Origin: Priapulus caudatus
Lineage: Eukaryota
DNA: 62,003 nt
Assembly: GCF_000485595.1 (NCBI RefSeq)
Contig: NW_014577066.1
Coordinates: 84,973-146,975 of the forward strand
Direction of reading: 5' to 3'
The notes beneath the pieces were generated by a model. That model saw only the letters and a program-made list of their open reading frames with translations, did no database searches and was not told the DNA's origin. Shown here piece by piece: positions 1 through 13,054 of the stretch. The position numbers and the translations under genes are program-made. Every line of letters begins with the position of its first letter. The first letter of the stretch is position 1.

Positions 1-983
1 CTGGAGGGTGGTGGGTAGTGGTGCTGCTTGCTGCTGCTGCTTGCTGAGGTGGTGGGTAGTGCTGCTGCTGCTGCGCTTGCTGGAGGGTGGTGGGTAGTGG
101 TGCTGCTTGCTGCTGCTGCTTGCTGAGGGTGGTGGGTAGTGGTGCTGCCTGCTGCTGTGCTTGTGATGGTGGTGGTAGTGGTGCTGCTGCTGCTGCTGCT
201 TGCTGATAAGTGGGGGTTGGTGGTGCGTGCGCTGCTGCTTGCAGATGTGGTGGTAGTACGACTGCCTGCTACTTGTTCAGGGTGGTGGGTAGTGCTGCTG
301 CTGCTGCTGTGATGTGTGTGGTAGTGCTGCTACTGCTTGCTGAGAGTGGTGGGTAGTGCTGCTGCTGCTGCTTGCTGATGGTGTGTGGGTAGTGCTGCTG
401 CTGCTTGCTGATTGGTTGGGTAGTGGGTGCCTGTGCTGCTTGTTGAGGGTGGTGGTAGTGGTGCTGCTGCTGCTTGCTGAGTAGTGGGTAGGGCTGCTGT
501 GCTGCTGCTGCTTGTTGAGTGGTGGTGGTAGTGCTGCTGCTACTTGTTGAGGGTGGTGGGTAAAGGCTGCTGCTGCTGCGTTGCTGCTGCTTGCTGAGGG
601 TGGTGGGTATGGCTGCTGCTGCTGCTACTTGTTGAGGCCTTGAGGGTGGTGGGTAGTACGGCTGCTGTGCTGCTGCGATGCTGGTGGGTAGTACGGATGC
701 TGCTGCTGCTTGTTGAGGGTGGTGGGTAGTGGTGCTGCTGCTGCTTGCTGAGGGTGGTGGGTAGTGCTGCTGCTGCTGCTGCTTGTTGAAGGTGGTGGTA
801 GTGCTGCTGCTGCTGCTGCTTGTTGAGGGTGTGGGGTAGTGCTCTGCTGCTGCTGCCTGCTGCTGCTGCTGCTGCTGCTGCTTGCTGAAGGTGGTGGGTA
901 GTCTGCTGCTGCTGCTGCTGCTTGCTGAAGGTGGTGGTAGTGCTGCTGCTGCTGCTGCTGTGCTTGCTGAAGGTGGTGGGTAG

Positions 984-1018
<35 letters not shown>

Positions 1019-2950
1019 GCCTGCTGCTTGCTGAGGGTGGTGGGTAGGGCTGGTGCTGCTACTGCTTGTTGAGGGTGGTGGGTAGTGCTGCTGCTGCTTG
1101 TTGAGGGTGCATGGTGGGTAGTGCTGCTGCTGCTTGCTGAAGGTGGTGGGGAGGGCTGCTTGGCTGCTGCTGCCTGCTGCTGCCTGCTTGCTGAAGGTGG
1201 TGGTAGTGCTGCTGCGTTGCGAAGCGTGCGTGGTAGTGCTGCTGCGCTTGTTGAGGGTGGTGGGTAGTGCTGCTGCTGCTTGCTGAGGGTAGTGGGTAGG
1301 GCTGTGCTGCCTGCTGCTGCTTGTTGAGGGTGGTGGGTAGTGCTTCTGCTGCTTGTTGAGGTGGTGGTGGGTACGGCTGGTGCTGCTCGCTGCTTGTTGA
1401 GGGTGGGGGGTAGTGCTGCTGCTGGCTTGTGAGGGTGCATGGTGGGTAGTGCTGCTGCTGCTTGCTGAAGGTGGTGGGTAGGGCTGCTGCTGCTTGCTGA
1501 AGGTGGTGGGTAGTGCTGGTGCTGCTACTGCTTGTTGAGGGTGGTGGGTAGTGCTGCTGCTGCTTGTTGAGGGTGGTGGGTAGTGCTGGTGCTGCTGCTG
1601 CTGCTGCTGCTGCCTGCTTGCTTAAGGTGCGTGGGTAGTGCTGCTGCTGTTGCTGCTGCTTGCTGAAGGTGGTGGGTAGTCGCATGCTGCCTGTTTGCTG
1701 CTGCGCTTGCTGAAGGTGGTGGGTAGTGCTGCTGCTGCTTGTGACAGTGGTGGTGGGTAGTGCTGCTGCTGCTTCGTTGAGGGTGGTGGGTAGTGCTGGT
1801 GCTGCGTGCGTGTGCTGCTGCTTGCTGAAGGTGGTGGGTAGTGCTGCTGTTGCTGCTGCTTGTTGAAGGTGGTGGGTAGTGCTGCTGCTGCTGCTGCTGC
1901 TTGTTGAGGGTGGTGGGTAGTGCTGCTGCTGCTGCTGCTGCCTTGTGAGGGTGTGGGGTAGTGCTGCTGTGTGCCCGGCTTGTTGAGGTGGTGGGTAGTG
2001 CTGCTCGTTGCTGCTGCTTGTTGAGGGGGTGGGTAGTGCTGCTGCTGCTGCTGCTGCTTGTTGAGGGTGTGTGGTAGTGCTGCTGCTGCTTGGCTGCTGC
2101 TTGTGAGGTGTGGGTAGTGCTGCTGTGCTGCCTGCTTGTTGAGGTGGTGGGTAGTGCTGCTGCTGCTGCTGCTGCTTGTTGAGGGTGGTGGGTAGTGCTG
2201 CTGTTGCTGCTGCTTGTTGAAGGTGGTGGGTAGTGCTGCTGCTGCTGCTGCTTGTTGAGGTGGTGGGTAGTGGTGCTGGCGTGCTTGCTGAGGGTGGTGG
2301 GTAGTGCTGCTGTTGCTGCTGCTTGCTGAAGGTGGTGGGTAGTGCTGCTGCTGCTTGCTGAGGGTGGTGGTATGCTGCTGCTGTTGCTGCTGCTTGTTGA
2401 GGGTGGTGGTAGTGCTGGTGCTGCTACTGCTGTTGAGGGTGGTGAGGTAGTGCTGCTGCTGCTTGTTGAGGGGTGGGTAGTGCTGCTGCTCCTGCTGCTG
2501 CTGCTGTGCTGCTTGGCTGAAGTGTGTGGGTAGGGCTGGTGCTGCTACTGCTTGTTGAGGTGGTGGGGTAGTGCTGCTGGTGCTTGTTGAGGGTGCATGG
2601 TGGGTAGTGCTGCTGCTGCTTGCTGAAGGTGTGTGGTAGTGCTGTCTGCTGCTACTGCTTGTTGAGGGTGGTGGTAGTGCTGCTGCTGCTTGTTTGAGGG
2701 TTGGTGGTTAGTGCTGGTGCTGCTGCTGCTGCTGCTGCTGCTGCTTGTGAGGTGTGGGTAGGGCTGGTGCTGCTACTGCTTGTTGAGGGTGGTGGGTAGT
2801 GCTGCTACTGCTTGTTGAGGCCTTGAGGGTGGTGGGTAGTACGGCTGCTCCTGCTGCTGCTGCTGCTGCTTGCTGAAGGTGGTGGGTAGGGGGCTGCTGC
2901 TGCTGCTGCTGCTGCTGCTACCGACGCCGCCACTGCTGCTACTGTTATTA
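1..2950. repeat. Minisatellite, ~30-40 bp unit GAGGGTGGTGGGTAGT(GCT)nTGYT, indel-noisy
   Basis: Dozens of visible copies of ggtggtgggtagtgctgctgctgcttg(c/t)tga. It explains the poly-Q/A/S ORFs at 625-2533. Confidence 0.95.
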
Positions 2951-3515
2951 CTGCTGCTCAACTGTAATGATTCGCTACACGAAAGATGCACACATACATG
3001 CCCGCCGTGCCGAAAATGCACGAATATCCAAGTCCACACAATCCAAACACCAATAGAAAAGCTTAGAGACACAGTATAAGACTGCATATCAGGAGGATTT
3101 ATTTCGCATATAAAGGAAGGAAGTTATTGCACAACTTCTTAAAATTTAAGGTAAACACTCGGCCTCGGGTACGCGCGCACACCGCATGCGTGCGTGCACG
3201 CCGCACACACACGGAACGAACACATGAGCATATACCCCCACGTACGCACACACACACACACCTACACAAATCTTTGGTCATTTTCGTTCCCAATTAGACT
3301 GAACTCACGTTATGTTGGAATGATTGAAAACGGTTTATGAAAATGAATGCGCATGCGACCGAATTCATTATATAATAACAGACTTCGCTTATTAAATTTA
3401 AGCCAAAACTTCCCACAACTATGAACGGTGCACACAGAGGTCTGGCATGCGGCGATCTGAATCGTATATTGAAAAAGTGTACCGTTATACTTTATTATAT
3501 ATTTCACACACACAT

Positions 3516-3551
<36 letters not shown>

Positions 3552-3562
3552 GCACGCAGCAT

Positions 3563-3596
<34 letters not shown>

Positions 3597-3869
3597 CACA
3601 CAACACACACCACACCACACAGCCTGTATATATAATTATAATAAACGAGATTTTTAATACCTACAAACACCAATCGTGCTTAAAATATAAACTTCATGTA
3701 AGGACACAGTTGAAGTTAAATATTTCATGCAACTGAAAAGAAAACAGAAACAAAAAAACATTTTGGGAAGAATCAAAGAGCGCAATTCTATAAGTGAGCA
3801 GGGAAAAAAAGTACTGAGTTGGTGACCACTTGCATGGTTGAAAGGAAAATACCCCAAAATCTATCTATC

Positions 3870-4065
3870 TCTCCATCCATCCAGCCAGCCATCCATCGCA
3901 TGGCATGGCTGCCATATATATGCCATCTCATCCTATCCCATCCCATCCCATCCCATGCCGCCCCATGCCATCCCATCCTCTTCTATTCCATCCCATCCCA
4001 TGGGATCCGATCCGATCTGATCCGATCCCATCCGACCCCAGCCCATCCCATCCCATCCAATCCCA
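3870..4065. repeat. (CCATC)n pentanucleotide microsatellite
   Basis: Runs of ccatcccatccc and gatccgatcc. Confidence 0.9.
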
Positions 4066-4519
4066 AACAATGAAAAATAATATAAAGATAAAAGACATGA
4101 AAATAATAATAAACAAGTGCCTCAGTGCGACAGGGCTCATCTGGTGTCTAGTGTTCTGCTGATAAATTCATTTATGCATAGCAAGACGTCTTATACATAA
4201 GTCTTCTTTGACTTCTTGATTCTTGTTTGACTTTCGTAGCCAATTGGAACAAATATATCAGCTACACTTTCGCACCCACCTAATCTCTATGCATTGCCAG
4301 ACACATATGCATTGCAGGTTGGCAGGCAACAATATGATTAGAAGCGTGCCAGCCATGGGCGGCCCCGTGTTTTTGCCTACCCACACGAGCATTCACTGAT
4401 TCAGCCTTCAGGGTGCTATAGACAGACTGCTTTAGAAAATAATATGATTTAAGAAGAGTAAACCTTGTTCAACAAACATTTGCCTTTGCAATTAAACTGT
4501 GAACTGTAGCCCACAATTC

Positions 4520-5135
4520 ACACCAGCAGCAGCAGCAGCACTACCCACCACCCTCAACAAGCAGCAGCAACAGCAGCAGCAGCACCACTACCCACCACCC
4601 TCAACAAGCAGCAGCAGCAGCCGTACTACCCACCAGCATCAGCAAGCAACAGCAGCCGTACTACCCACCACCCTCAAGGCCTCAACAAGTAGCAGCAGCA
4701 GCAGCACCACTACCCACCACCCTCAACAAGCAGCAGCAGCACCACTACCCACCACCATCAGCAAGCAGCAGCAGCACTACCCACCACCATCAGCAAGCAG
4801 CAGCAGCAGCACTACCCACCACTCTCAGCAAGCAGTAGCAGCACTACCCACCACCATCAGCAAGCAGCAGCAGCAGCACTACCCACCACCCTGAACAAGT
4901 AGCAGCAGTCGTACTACCCACCACCATCTGCAAGCAGCAGCAGCACCACCACTACCCACCACTATCAGCAAGCAGCAGCAGCAGCAGCACCACTACCCAC
5001 CACCATCAGCAAGCAGCAGCAGCAGCAGCACCACTACCCACCACCCTCAGCAAGCAGCAGCAGCAGCACCACTACCCACCACCCTCAGCAAGCAGCAGCA
5101 GCAGCAGCACTACCCACCACCATCAGCAAGCAGCA
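4520..5135. repeat. Same minisatellite as 1-2950 in inverted orientation (clean copy)
   Basis: Units of cactacccaccaccctcaacaagcagcagc. Rare variant units (ctcaaggcctcaacaagt, ctgaacaagtagcagcagtcgtac, catctgcaag) match the reverse complement of 230-700. Confidence 0.95.
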
Positions 5136-5295
5136 GTACTTGCGACGGTGTCTCTCTGCGTGTTTGCGGGATTCACTAATTAGGCTTCGCTGCAAAGCAC
5201 AGCATCAATCGGCGGCCAGCAGAACATCCGCGCCAGCGTGCACACACACCACCGCGCTAGTTAGTAGTACAAGTATATATATATACATATATAGT

Positions 5296-5327
<32 letters not shown>

Positions 5328-5561
5328 TCGTCGGTAAGGCGGTTGCCGAGGGATACATTACCTGCCCGCCGGTTGCCGCGGGCAGTTCATGCACGCCTAT
5401 CGGAAATCAATTCGTGCCCTGCCTACTATGCAGCCGCGCACAATGACAGGTGAAATAAACTGAAAATTATATGTTATTGTTGTATATTGATTTCGCTGCG
5501 TGCAATAGACAGCGCACACGCTCGTTTCGCCCGCCTAGCGTGCAGCGCGACGCAGTTACGC

Positions 5562-5596
<35 letters not shown>

Positions 5597-5704
5597 TGCA
5601 TACGTACGAACGTACATACATACTATACGTACGTACGTACGCGCACGCACGCACACACGCACGCACACACACATACATAAATACGTGCGTGCGTGCGTGC
5701 GTGC

Positions 5705-5860
5705 AGTTTGGGCGGCGGTCTGCGTGTGTCCTTGTGGCGACTTTAGGAATGATCTTGATGAGGTTTGCTTTGGGCGGCAGTCTGCGTGTGTCCTTGTGGC
5801 GACTTTAGGAATGATCTTGGTGATGTTTGGTTTGGGCGGCAGTCTGCGTGTGTCCGTGTG
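5705..5860. repeat. ~62-bp tandem repeat, ~2.5 copies
   Basis: tttgggcggc(g/a)gtctgcgtgtgtccttgtggcgactttaggaatgatcttg is repeated. Confidence 0.9.
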
Positions 5861-7339
5861 GTGGGCTTCATTCGGTTAGCGTCTTCGCATGCAAAGGTAG
5901 TGGGAAGGGGCAGTCTCTGGGGCAGTTTTTCCAAAACACAGTTTACTACGATATTTTACTTGTTACGGCGATTATTTGTTGTTTTTTGAGTTGATGGGAA
6001 AAGCTCAATATATTTGTATGTTTTGTTCTAGCGTTGCATTCAGCATCGAGTGGCAATTGTCGTTTTGTGGACAAATTGTAAGCGTACATCGTGTTCACGT
6101 GCCAAGTATACTAGAATAATACAGCGTATGAGTTTCATTCCATGCATTTCGATACAAATGAATCCAATGGCAACAATACGCTCTATTGAATGTATGTATT
6201 TTTCCAGTATTTACGCCATAATTTTACAGTGGAAACTACAATCTTAATAAATCAATTAATGTACTCTGGAGTCGTTAATTTTTATATAGGCGCTGTGCAT
6301 ACTGATTAGTGTACGTAGGCTGATAAAAAAACATGATTGATAGCAGGTATCGATTACAGGATAAAAGCAAAGTGAAAAGATGTGTTTTTTACGTATATCT
6401 ACTTTTTATTATTTTCTGTCTAACCAATTATATTATACCTTCAACATACCAAAGCTTCTCAAAAGCAACAAACGAAAGTGAACACACGTCGTCGTGTCAC
6501 GTGTTATAATATTATATACTAGATTATTATTGTGTTTTTTTATATTTGTAGATAAATATATTGGGTTCCTCTCCTGCTATGTTAGAACCATTCAGCCTAC
6601 TCGTGAATTCTCTGCTTCAGTGTGCGCTCTTCTCCTATATATACCGTGCTTCATATACAGAAACTGCAAAAAATGGCTAGAGTTTCTACGCTCGTGCCAA
6701 CTTACTCGCTATGCCTCGCCCCAAATGTAGCGTGGCAAACGAAAAGCCAGCCTATTATGTGTACCTATAGTTAGCCTGTGCACGTAGCTGTGGGTGCACA
6801 CTGTAAGTTGCGCGCACACTCGGCGCGCCTCACCCCTCCCTCGCTCCTGTTTGCGACGAAACCCCGTCGTTACATCTCGTGATGGAAGCAGGCGATGGCT
6901 TCGCGCGCGCGCGAGCGACGAACGCATCGCGTGCCAATTATTCTGCGGGCGGGATTCGTTTGGCTTCATCGGAGCGTGCGTGCGCGCGCAACTTCAGTGC
7001 GGCAGCAGCAGCGTGCCTGCGTGAGCGCGCTCGCTACCGCTATGCGCCGACACGCGAGTGCCGGGTGCGTCGTCAGAACGTCGCCGCATATAGCTGCAGT
7101 GGTCTCATAGTACGCAATAGAGTATAACGCATTTTTTTCCTACATTCTTGAGTTACGAAGTTATTTCTTGTAGCGCGTATTTAATTTGCTGCAATGAATG
7201 CATGCTGCACGGTCCATCTTGTAGAGCCTGAAGCTGCCAATACCAGTATCTAGTGACGCAGGCGACTGCTTGTGCTAGGCGCATGTACTTGCTCGTGTAT
7301 CGGGCGTACGTAACGAGGTGTGATATACGCGCGTGCCAG

Positions 7340-7459
7340 GATTGCGCTTGCGTGCGTGCATGTGTGCGTGCGTGCGCGCGCGTGGCAGTGGCTGCGTCCG
7401 TGTGCGTACTAGTGTCTGCATGCGTATTCGTGGGTGTGCATGCATGGCTGTGTGTGTGT

Positions 7460-7514
<55 letters not shown>

Positions 7515-7995
7515 CGTGGCCGTGCGTGCGCGTAGCTGTGCCTGCGTGCGCGTAGCTGTGCGTGCGCGTGCGCGTGGCTGTGCCTGTGTGGCCGTGCGCG
7601 TCGCTGTACGTGCGTGCGCGTCGCTGTGCGTGCGTGCGCGTGGTTGTACGTGCGTGCGCGTGGCTGTACGTGCGTGCACGTGGCTGTACGTGCGTGCACG
7701 TGGCTGTACGTGCGTGCGCGTCGCTGTACGTGCGTGCGCGTCGCTGTACGTGCGTGCGTGCGCGTCACTGTACGTGCGTGCGCGTTGATGTACGTGCGCG
7801 TCGCTGTACGTGCGTGCATGCGTGCGCGTCGCTGTACGTGCGTGCGTGCGCGGCGCTGTACGTGCGTGCGTGCGCGGCGCTGTACGTGCGCGTCGCTGTA
7901 CGTGCGTGCGTGCGCGGCGCTGTACGTGCGTGCGTGCGCGGCGCTGTACGTGCGTGCGTGCGCGTCGCTGTACGTGCGTGCGCGTGGCTGTGCAC
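7340..7995. repeat. (GT)n/(GCGT)n microsatellite and ~20-24 bp minisatellite cgtcgctgtacgtgcgtgcg
   Basis: Directly visible tandem units. Confidence 0.95.
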
Positions 7996-9589
7996 GCATT
8001 CGTTATATCTACTCGCTGGGCTCGCCGGCTCGCCGCTGATGGTGACCTCTCGACCAATGAGCTCGTGTCGGCCCCGCGTGCATGACATCGGTAGTAATGC
8101 TATACAATCGATCGCATCATCCGAGGAACACTCGATCGCCTGGCTTTTGAGTTCACCTTTTAATCAGCAAACACCACTCCTCGAGATTATGTGCGTATCG
8201 AGGCCGCATTCACGCGCCGAGCAAGAAACTTTTGCGTGTAACTGTTCAATCGCTCGCGAAATGCATCACGGCGCAAATGTGATCTTGCGAGCGTCTAACC
8301 CTAACCCTAACCCTATCCCTAATTCTAAAATAAAATAAAATTAGCCAAAATTAATAAGAAATAAGTGACGAAGTTAGCCAATCAGAGAAGAGACCCGGTT
8401 GTTTAGTTTTCAGGACTCCGAAACCGGATCCGGTTGTTTAGACACTTCCTATATATATAAATATATGGCGCAGTCTCCATTGACACGGCACGGCGCCAGC
8501 CCGGTTTCACGGCGACGGCGAAAGTCAAATGAGTTTGACTTTTGCCTGCTGCCGTGTACGGAGAAAGACAGTTGAACCAATCAACGCGATTGTTTTTATC
8601 ACGTGTTCTGCTCACGCCACCATCAGCCAATGGACAACAAGCACATGCATAATTTCTGATTAGAGTGAAGAGAACCAGAGTGAACACAATGCGCTCAGAC
8701 ACAATGCGCGAAATCACAGTATTTTTTTATACGTGTATAGGAAAGCTCGTGAGCTCGTGTAACAGGCACGTGTGATCGTAATAGTGTGTGACCAGGTTCG
8801 TTGTACAACAGATACGTGTGCAAATAGCACTTAAGCCACAGACAGTATAATTAATGCTATAACCACCGAATTGCTACGGTAACTCTATACTTTAATAAAC
8901 AGCATCAACATAATAAACACATACAGTACAGAGATGGCTACGCAAGCCAACCAGTAAATACGATACAATACATACAATACATATCTTATACACCAGGGGC
9001 CCGTTGTCAGAAACAAAATTAGTCTTAACATTAGTCATAACATTAACTTCCACTCGTAACCGTTGACAGAAACATCGCAAAGTTACGAGAATGAAAAATC
9101 CTCGAAAATACCTTCTTAACATTACGAGAGCCCAAACCCTCTCGTAACTTTAATATTAAGATGAAAATAACACATTTACACTACGAATTACATTTATACT
9201 GATATTATATTTTATAATAATGAGTAAAATGTGTTTTTCTTGAAAAACACGTCGAAAACATTAATTATCTACTGTTCGTAAACCAAAATAATACATTTAC
9301 AAATGGCGTATGGCATTTGTTCTCTTGTTTTATATGCTTCCACGCTTGCCACGACTCTCGCGTCTCGCGTTAACGGTGTGAGAATTTGTCTTGTTGTGGA
9401 GAATAAATTCATGACCACGTCGTTTTTCATCAAATATTATTTATATGTGGCTAGCCATCATAATATGCATACATTACTGTGATGTACAATAAATGTGCAT
9501 GAATTTGAATTTTGTGATCGATTCTCATCCAATCAGCAGCCTTGTGACACGAAATTATGAAGTTCCTGTTATCGTCAGTTTGCTCGTAG

Positions 9590-9835
9590 CTACGATGTGA
9601 TGTCCAGCAGCGACGGTAGCGTGGTGATTCCCAGCAGGTGAGATCAGCGGAACCTGTGGGCTGACACTGACAGCGTCGGGATCTGTCAGGCACCGTGGAA
9701 CCGTGTCTGTCTTCTTGTCGAAACTGTTCGGTATTTATACAACTGGAGGAATGCATGGCCTGAGCGTGGTCAAGGCCTTGTTGACGATGGTGGGGCAAGA
9801 CGTGTCCTTCTCCAGAATTTTATGGACAACTGAAG
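9590..9835 (+). CDS. Candidate exon of a Calx-beta-like domain protein (needs one 1-nt indel correction near 9630)
   Basis: Acceptor gctcgtag at 9589 (alternative aatcagcag at 9536/9539) and donor GAAG|gtgagg at 9836. Translation: YDVMSSSDGSVVIP/AGEISGTCGLTLTASGSVRHRGTVSVFLSKLFG...KALLTMVGQDVSFSRILWTTE. By eye it resembles the Calx-beta 'DY..G.v.i.aGE.s...i.i' and 'vsF....v.E' motifs. Confidence 0.4.
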
Positions 9836-11077
9836 GTGAGGCTTCCTTCTCTAACGTGAGAACGGCGGTCGGAGTCTTTGTAGATATGGTGGGGGCGTCG
9901 ATGGGAGTTTCTCGAAGCCCTCGTCGAACAGCCTTCTATTGGTACTAAAGTGTCATCGGCACGCCTTGTGCCATACCGCGGCTGCCACGTGCACGCGACG
10001 TGTTCGGCTCGCCAATGCTGAAGGTATGGCACAGATTTGACCCTGGTTGGGTTGTGCGACACCGGTGTTAGAGGTCCCGCTGTGTCACGCACGCGCCACG
10101 CGCCCGGCGTGCGCGGCTATGTCACCTTGAGCGGGTCGCAACTTTTTACTCGTGTTCTAGTGACTCAGTTTCTTGGGATATTCGTGGTGCAACTTTCACC
10201 TGTTACCTTGACTGACATTTGTCAACTAAAATAACCATGACGTTATGCTACGTTAAGCGACCCGTGTGACGGTGTCGCCCTTTTTTATACTAGGTTAATT
10301 AATTCGATATCTACGTCACTACACGTGTATGTTTACCAGTACGTATGTGGAGTAGTGGTGGAGTGTGTGGATTATTTGAGGTGTAAAAGCGCGGTGCGGT
10401 GTGGCGCGGTGCATGCGTGGCTATAGCTGCGGGCGCGCGATGCGTGTTTTTGCTTGCTTCGCCGTGCAGCAGCAGCAACACTACGCGATCCGCATCCTTT
10501 TGAAATAGTTGCTCATTAGCAAGACGCGCCGATGAAAGGAGCGGAGCGTGTTTGCCTGTTGGCTCGCGCTGCGCCCGCACCCCCGTCTCCGCTCGACACC
10601 GCCGCCGCTGCTCTCGCTTTCCTGTCGGCGGGCCGTGTGCGTACACATATGTATAGATGCCACCTCGGCAACGCTCTAGGTGTAGCCGTAATTCCCTGGT
10701 ACATCTGTTTCTATAGCGAAACGCTGAGCAGTGATACCAAGCATGGATCTAGAACTAGGTCCTCCCCCTTGCGCGCCCCACCCCACCAGAGGCTCGCGAT
10801 GTATTCGTCGATTGTACAGCAATTCGGTTGTCACGCTGTTATTAGCATACATGTGCGTGTGTGCAATTGCGCGTAACAGTACGTAGAACCACTGGAAGGG
10901 TTAGATTTGACTGTAACTGTACTCGAGTATGTAAAGCCATGACGTAAAAAGTTCACCCTTTGGGATTCCTGTGGTGGTTTTCCCAACGTTCTCGACAGTG
11001 TTCTATCTTCCTATACAGGAAGCGCGGTGCGGGTGATATTTCTAAAGGATACGGGGGCTAGAATATTATATATCATA

Positions 11078-11169
<92 letters not shown>

Positions 11170-11721
11170 AGAGAGAGAGAAAGAGAGAGAGAGGAGAAGC
11201 CATTCAGACGCTCACACAGCAATGCGTGAACATCTTGAACGCGTTCGCCTTTCTGTTTGGCAGTCACAGAAATGAAAGATGCGAGTGCTTGCTGGTGCTG
11301 TTGGTCGCGCGGACCGCTGATGATGGCTCGCGATCGTTAGCTAATGGATTCCTAATTAGCAGCCACGTAAAAGTATGCGCGCGTGTGCGAGCTTGCGTGT
11401 CTGCGTGTGTGTATGTTTGTTAGTCCGTGCGTTCGAAGGTCTGCGCGTACATGTGATGTGCGCGTGAATGAGCGAGCGTGCGTGCGTGCGTGCGCGTCTA
11501 TGTATTGCAGGTTATTAGTGATGATAACGTGGATATAGCCGAGGCTAGCAGGCGGACAGGCGCGCTCAAACACCGCTTAGTGTGTATTGATGGAGACGTT
11601 TGCGTGAATGCGAATTATAATTAACAGACGGGCCCACGCGCGCGCCGTGCCATGCGCTGTTTGTGAATCGCTATTCTTCTCGGGTGCTCCGAGTAAGTGG
11701 GGGGGGGGGTCTCTCCACTAG

Positions 11722-11830
11722 ACGCTTCCACATTTTTCAATGCCAAACTCGACATCCTCTTACGTGAACGAGAGAAAAAGCTAGATTACTGGCCGACATC
11801 AGATATCGCCATTGTGCCGTGGTCGTTTTC
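11722..11830 (+). CDS. Candidate exon (phase 1 to 2) continuing the Calx-beta-like peptide: DASTFFNAKLDILLREREKKLDYWPTSDIAIVPWSFS
   Basis: ccactag acceptor, TTTTC|gtacgt donor, open 109 nt, phase-compatible with the 9835 donor and the 12328 acceptor. The polypyrimidine tract is weak. Confidence 0.4.
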
Positions 11831-12327
11831 GTACGTGCATTATTATCTCGTGTCGTTGCTGACTGCACGCACGGCTGTGGGGTGGGGGGCACTGACAGCA
11901 GGGGGGGGAGGGGGTGCGATATAGAGGAAGGCCGTCGTAAATTTGTACAGCGCGGTTGTCATGAGCGGTGATAAAAAATTAACGAGATGAATAATAAAAC
12001 CTCGTGCAAATAATAAAGCCCTCATGAAGCCATCGCGTTGACGATATAGTCATTGAGAAGATGACGACGCAGCGTCGTGGATGGGGGGGGGCAGTTCGTC
12101 TGCGATTCGTCATGTGTCACAGGTGCAGACTGCGTCGTCCGCGGAGTCGGACGATGCGTCGCGTGGCGTGATCAGGTATCGCGTGAGCGCGTAATGACGT
12201 TCGACCAATCAATCGGATTATCGCGAGAAAAATACGGGGAAATTGCGATCCGGCTAGCTCGCGCTCGTACGCGAACGCTGAGCGAAGGGGAAAAGCTGGA
12301 GTTCTGTTACTTCTCCCTCCTTCACAG

Positions 12328-12387
12328 CATCCGACCGGCTTCAGCTAAACTCGGCGGTGCCACCGGGCAGATGTACATGTGGCGCGG
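12328..12387 (+). CDS. Candidate exon (phase 2 start): IRPASAKLGGATGQMYMWR; alternatively part of a non-coding first exon
   Basis: Strong acceptor ttctccctccttcacag. Donor GG|gtgaac at 12388 or AT|gtacat at 12373. 'FSIRPASAKLG' resembles Calx-beta 'ysT.dgtA.aG'. Confidence 0.35.
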
Positions 12388-13054
12388 GTGAACGCGACGA
12401 GCGTGGGTTAGGGGTGGGGTAGATTTGGAAGCGAGAAAGCGAGGATGGAGCCTATGTGGGAGGGAGTACAGATAGGGGCTATATGTGGGATCGATGGTAA
12501 AAGTGATGGGAGAGCGCGAAGATGGGAGCTATATATATGACGGAGTGGCGTGGGAGTGAGCGACCGAGGACACAAGGTCATGCATCAGCGCTCCACGTTC
12601 TCGACAGAATGAGTGTTGATGACGCGATTAGGATCGTCCAGGGGTGTGCTGCAAAATAGGTTCTTGCACGGGGCTGTTTTGTAAAGTCACTATTTTTCTA
12701 GCTGTCTGCATGGTCGATGCGGAAAAATGGAGTGGTGAGCAGTAAGGAGGGGATGATGATAGGGTGGCGGGAAGCAATGGGATGAATTACACGATGGGAG
12801 GAGGGGGTCGGGGTTATGGAGAGCAGGGGGTTTGTAAAGGAGAGGAGGAGGAGGAGATGGAGGTTAGCAGAGGGGCAGAGCGTGGAGCTCGGGAAGGGGG
12901 TGTAGAAAGAAGAGGAGGGGAGCAGGTGTACGCGGAAAGGAGGAGCACGCGAGGAGTCGACCACGCCTATAGCTTATTCATCGCGAGCGGAATCAGATAG
13001 GGTGCATCTGAAGGTGGGCCTAAAAGTGTGTTGGGCCTATGAACATGCACCTAG

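Noticed and set aside
625..4894. Long poly-Q/A/S/H-P ORFs (271, 208 and 131 aa)
   Set aside because: They are translations of a trinucleotide-based minisatellite, open in several frames and on both strands, with no splice or homology support.
8995..9160. ggggcccgttg start resembling a PIF/Harbinger MITE end
   Set aside because: No matching second TIR or TSD was found.
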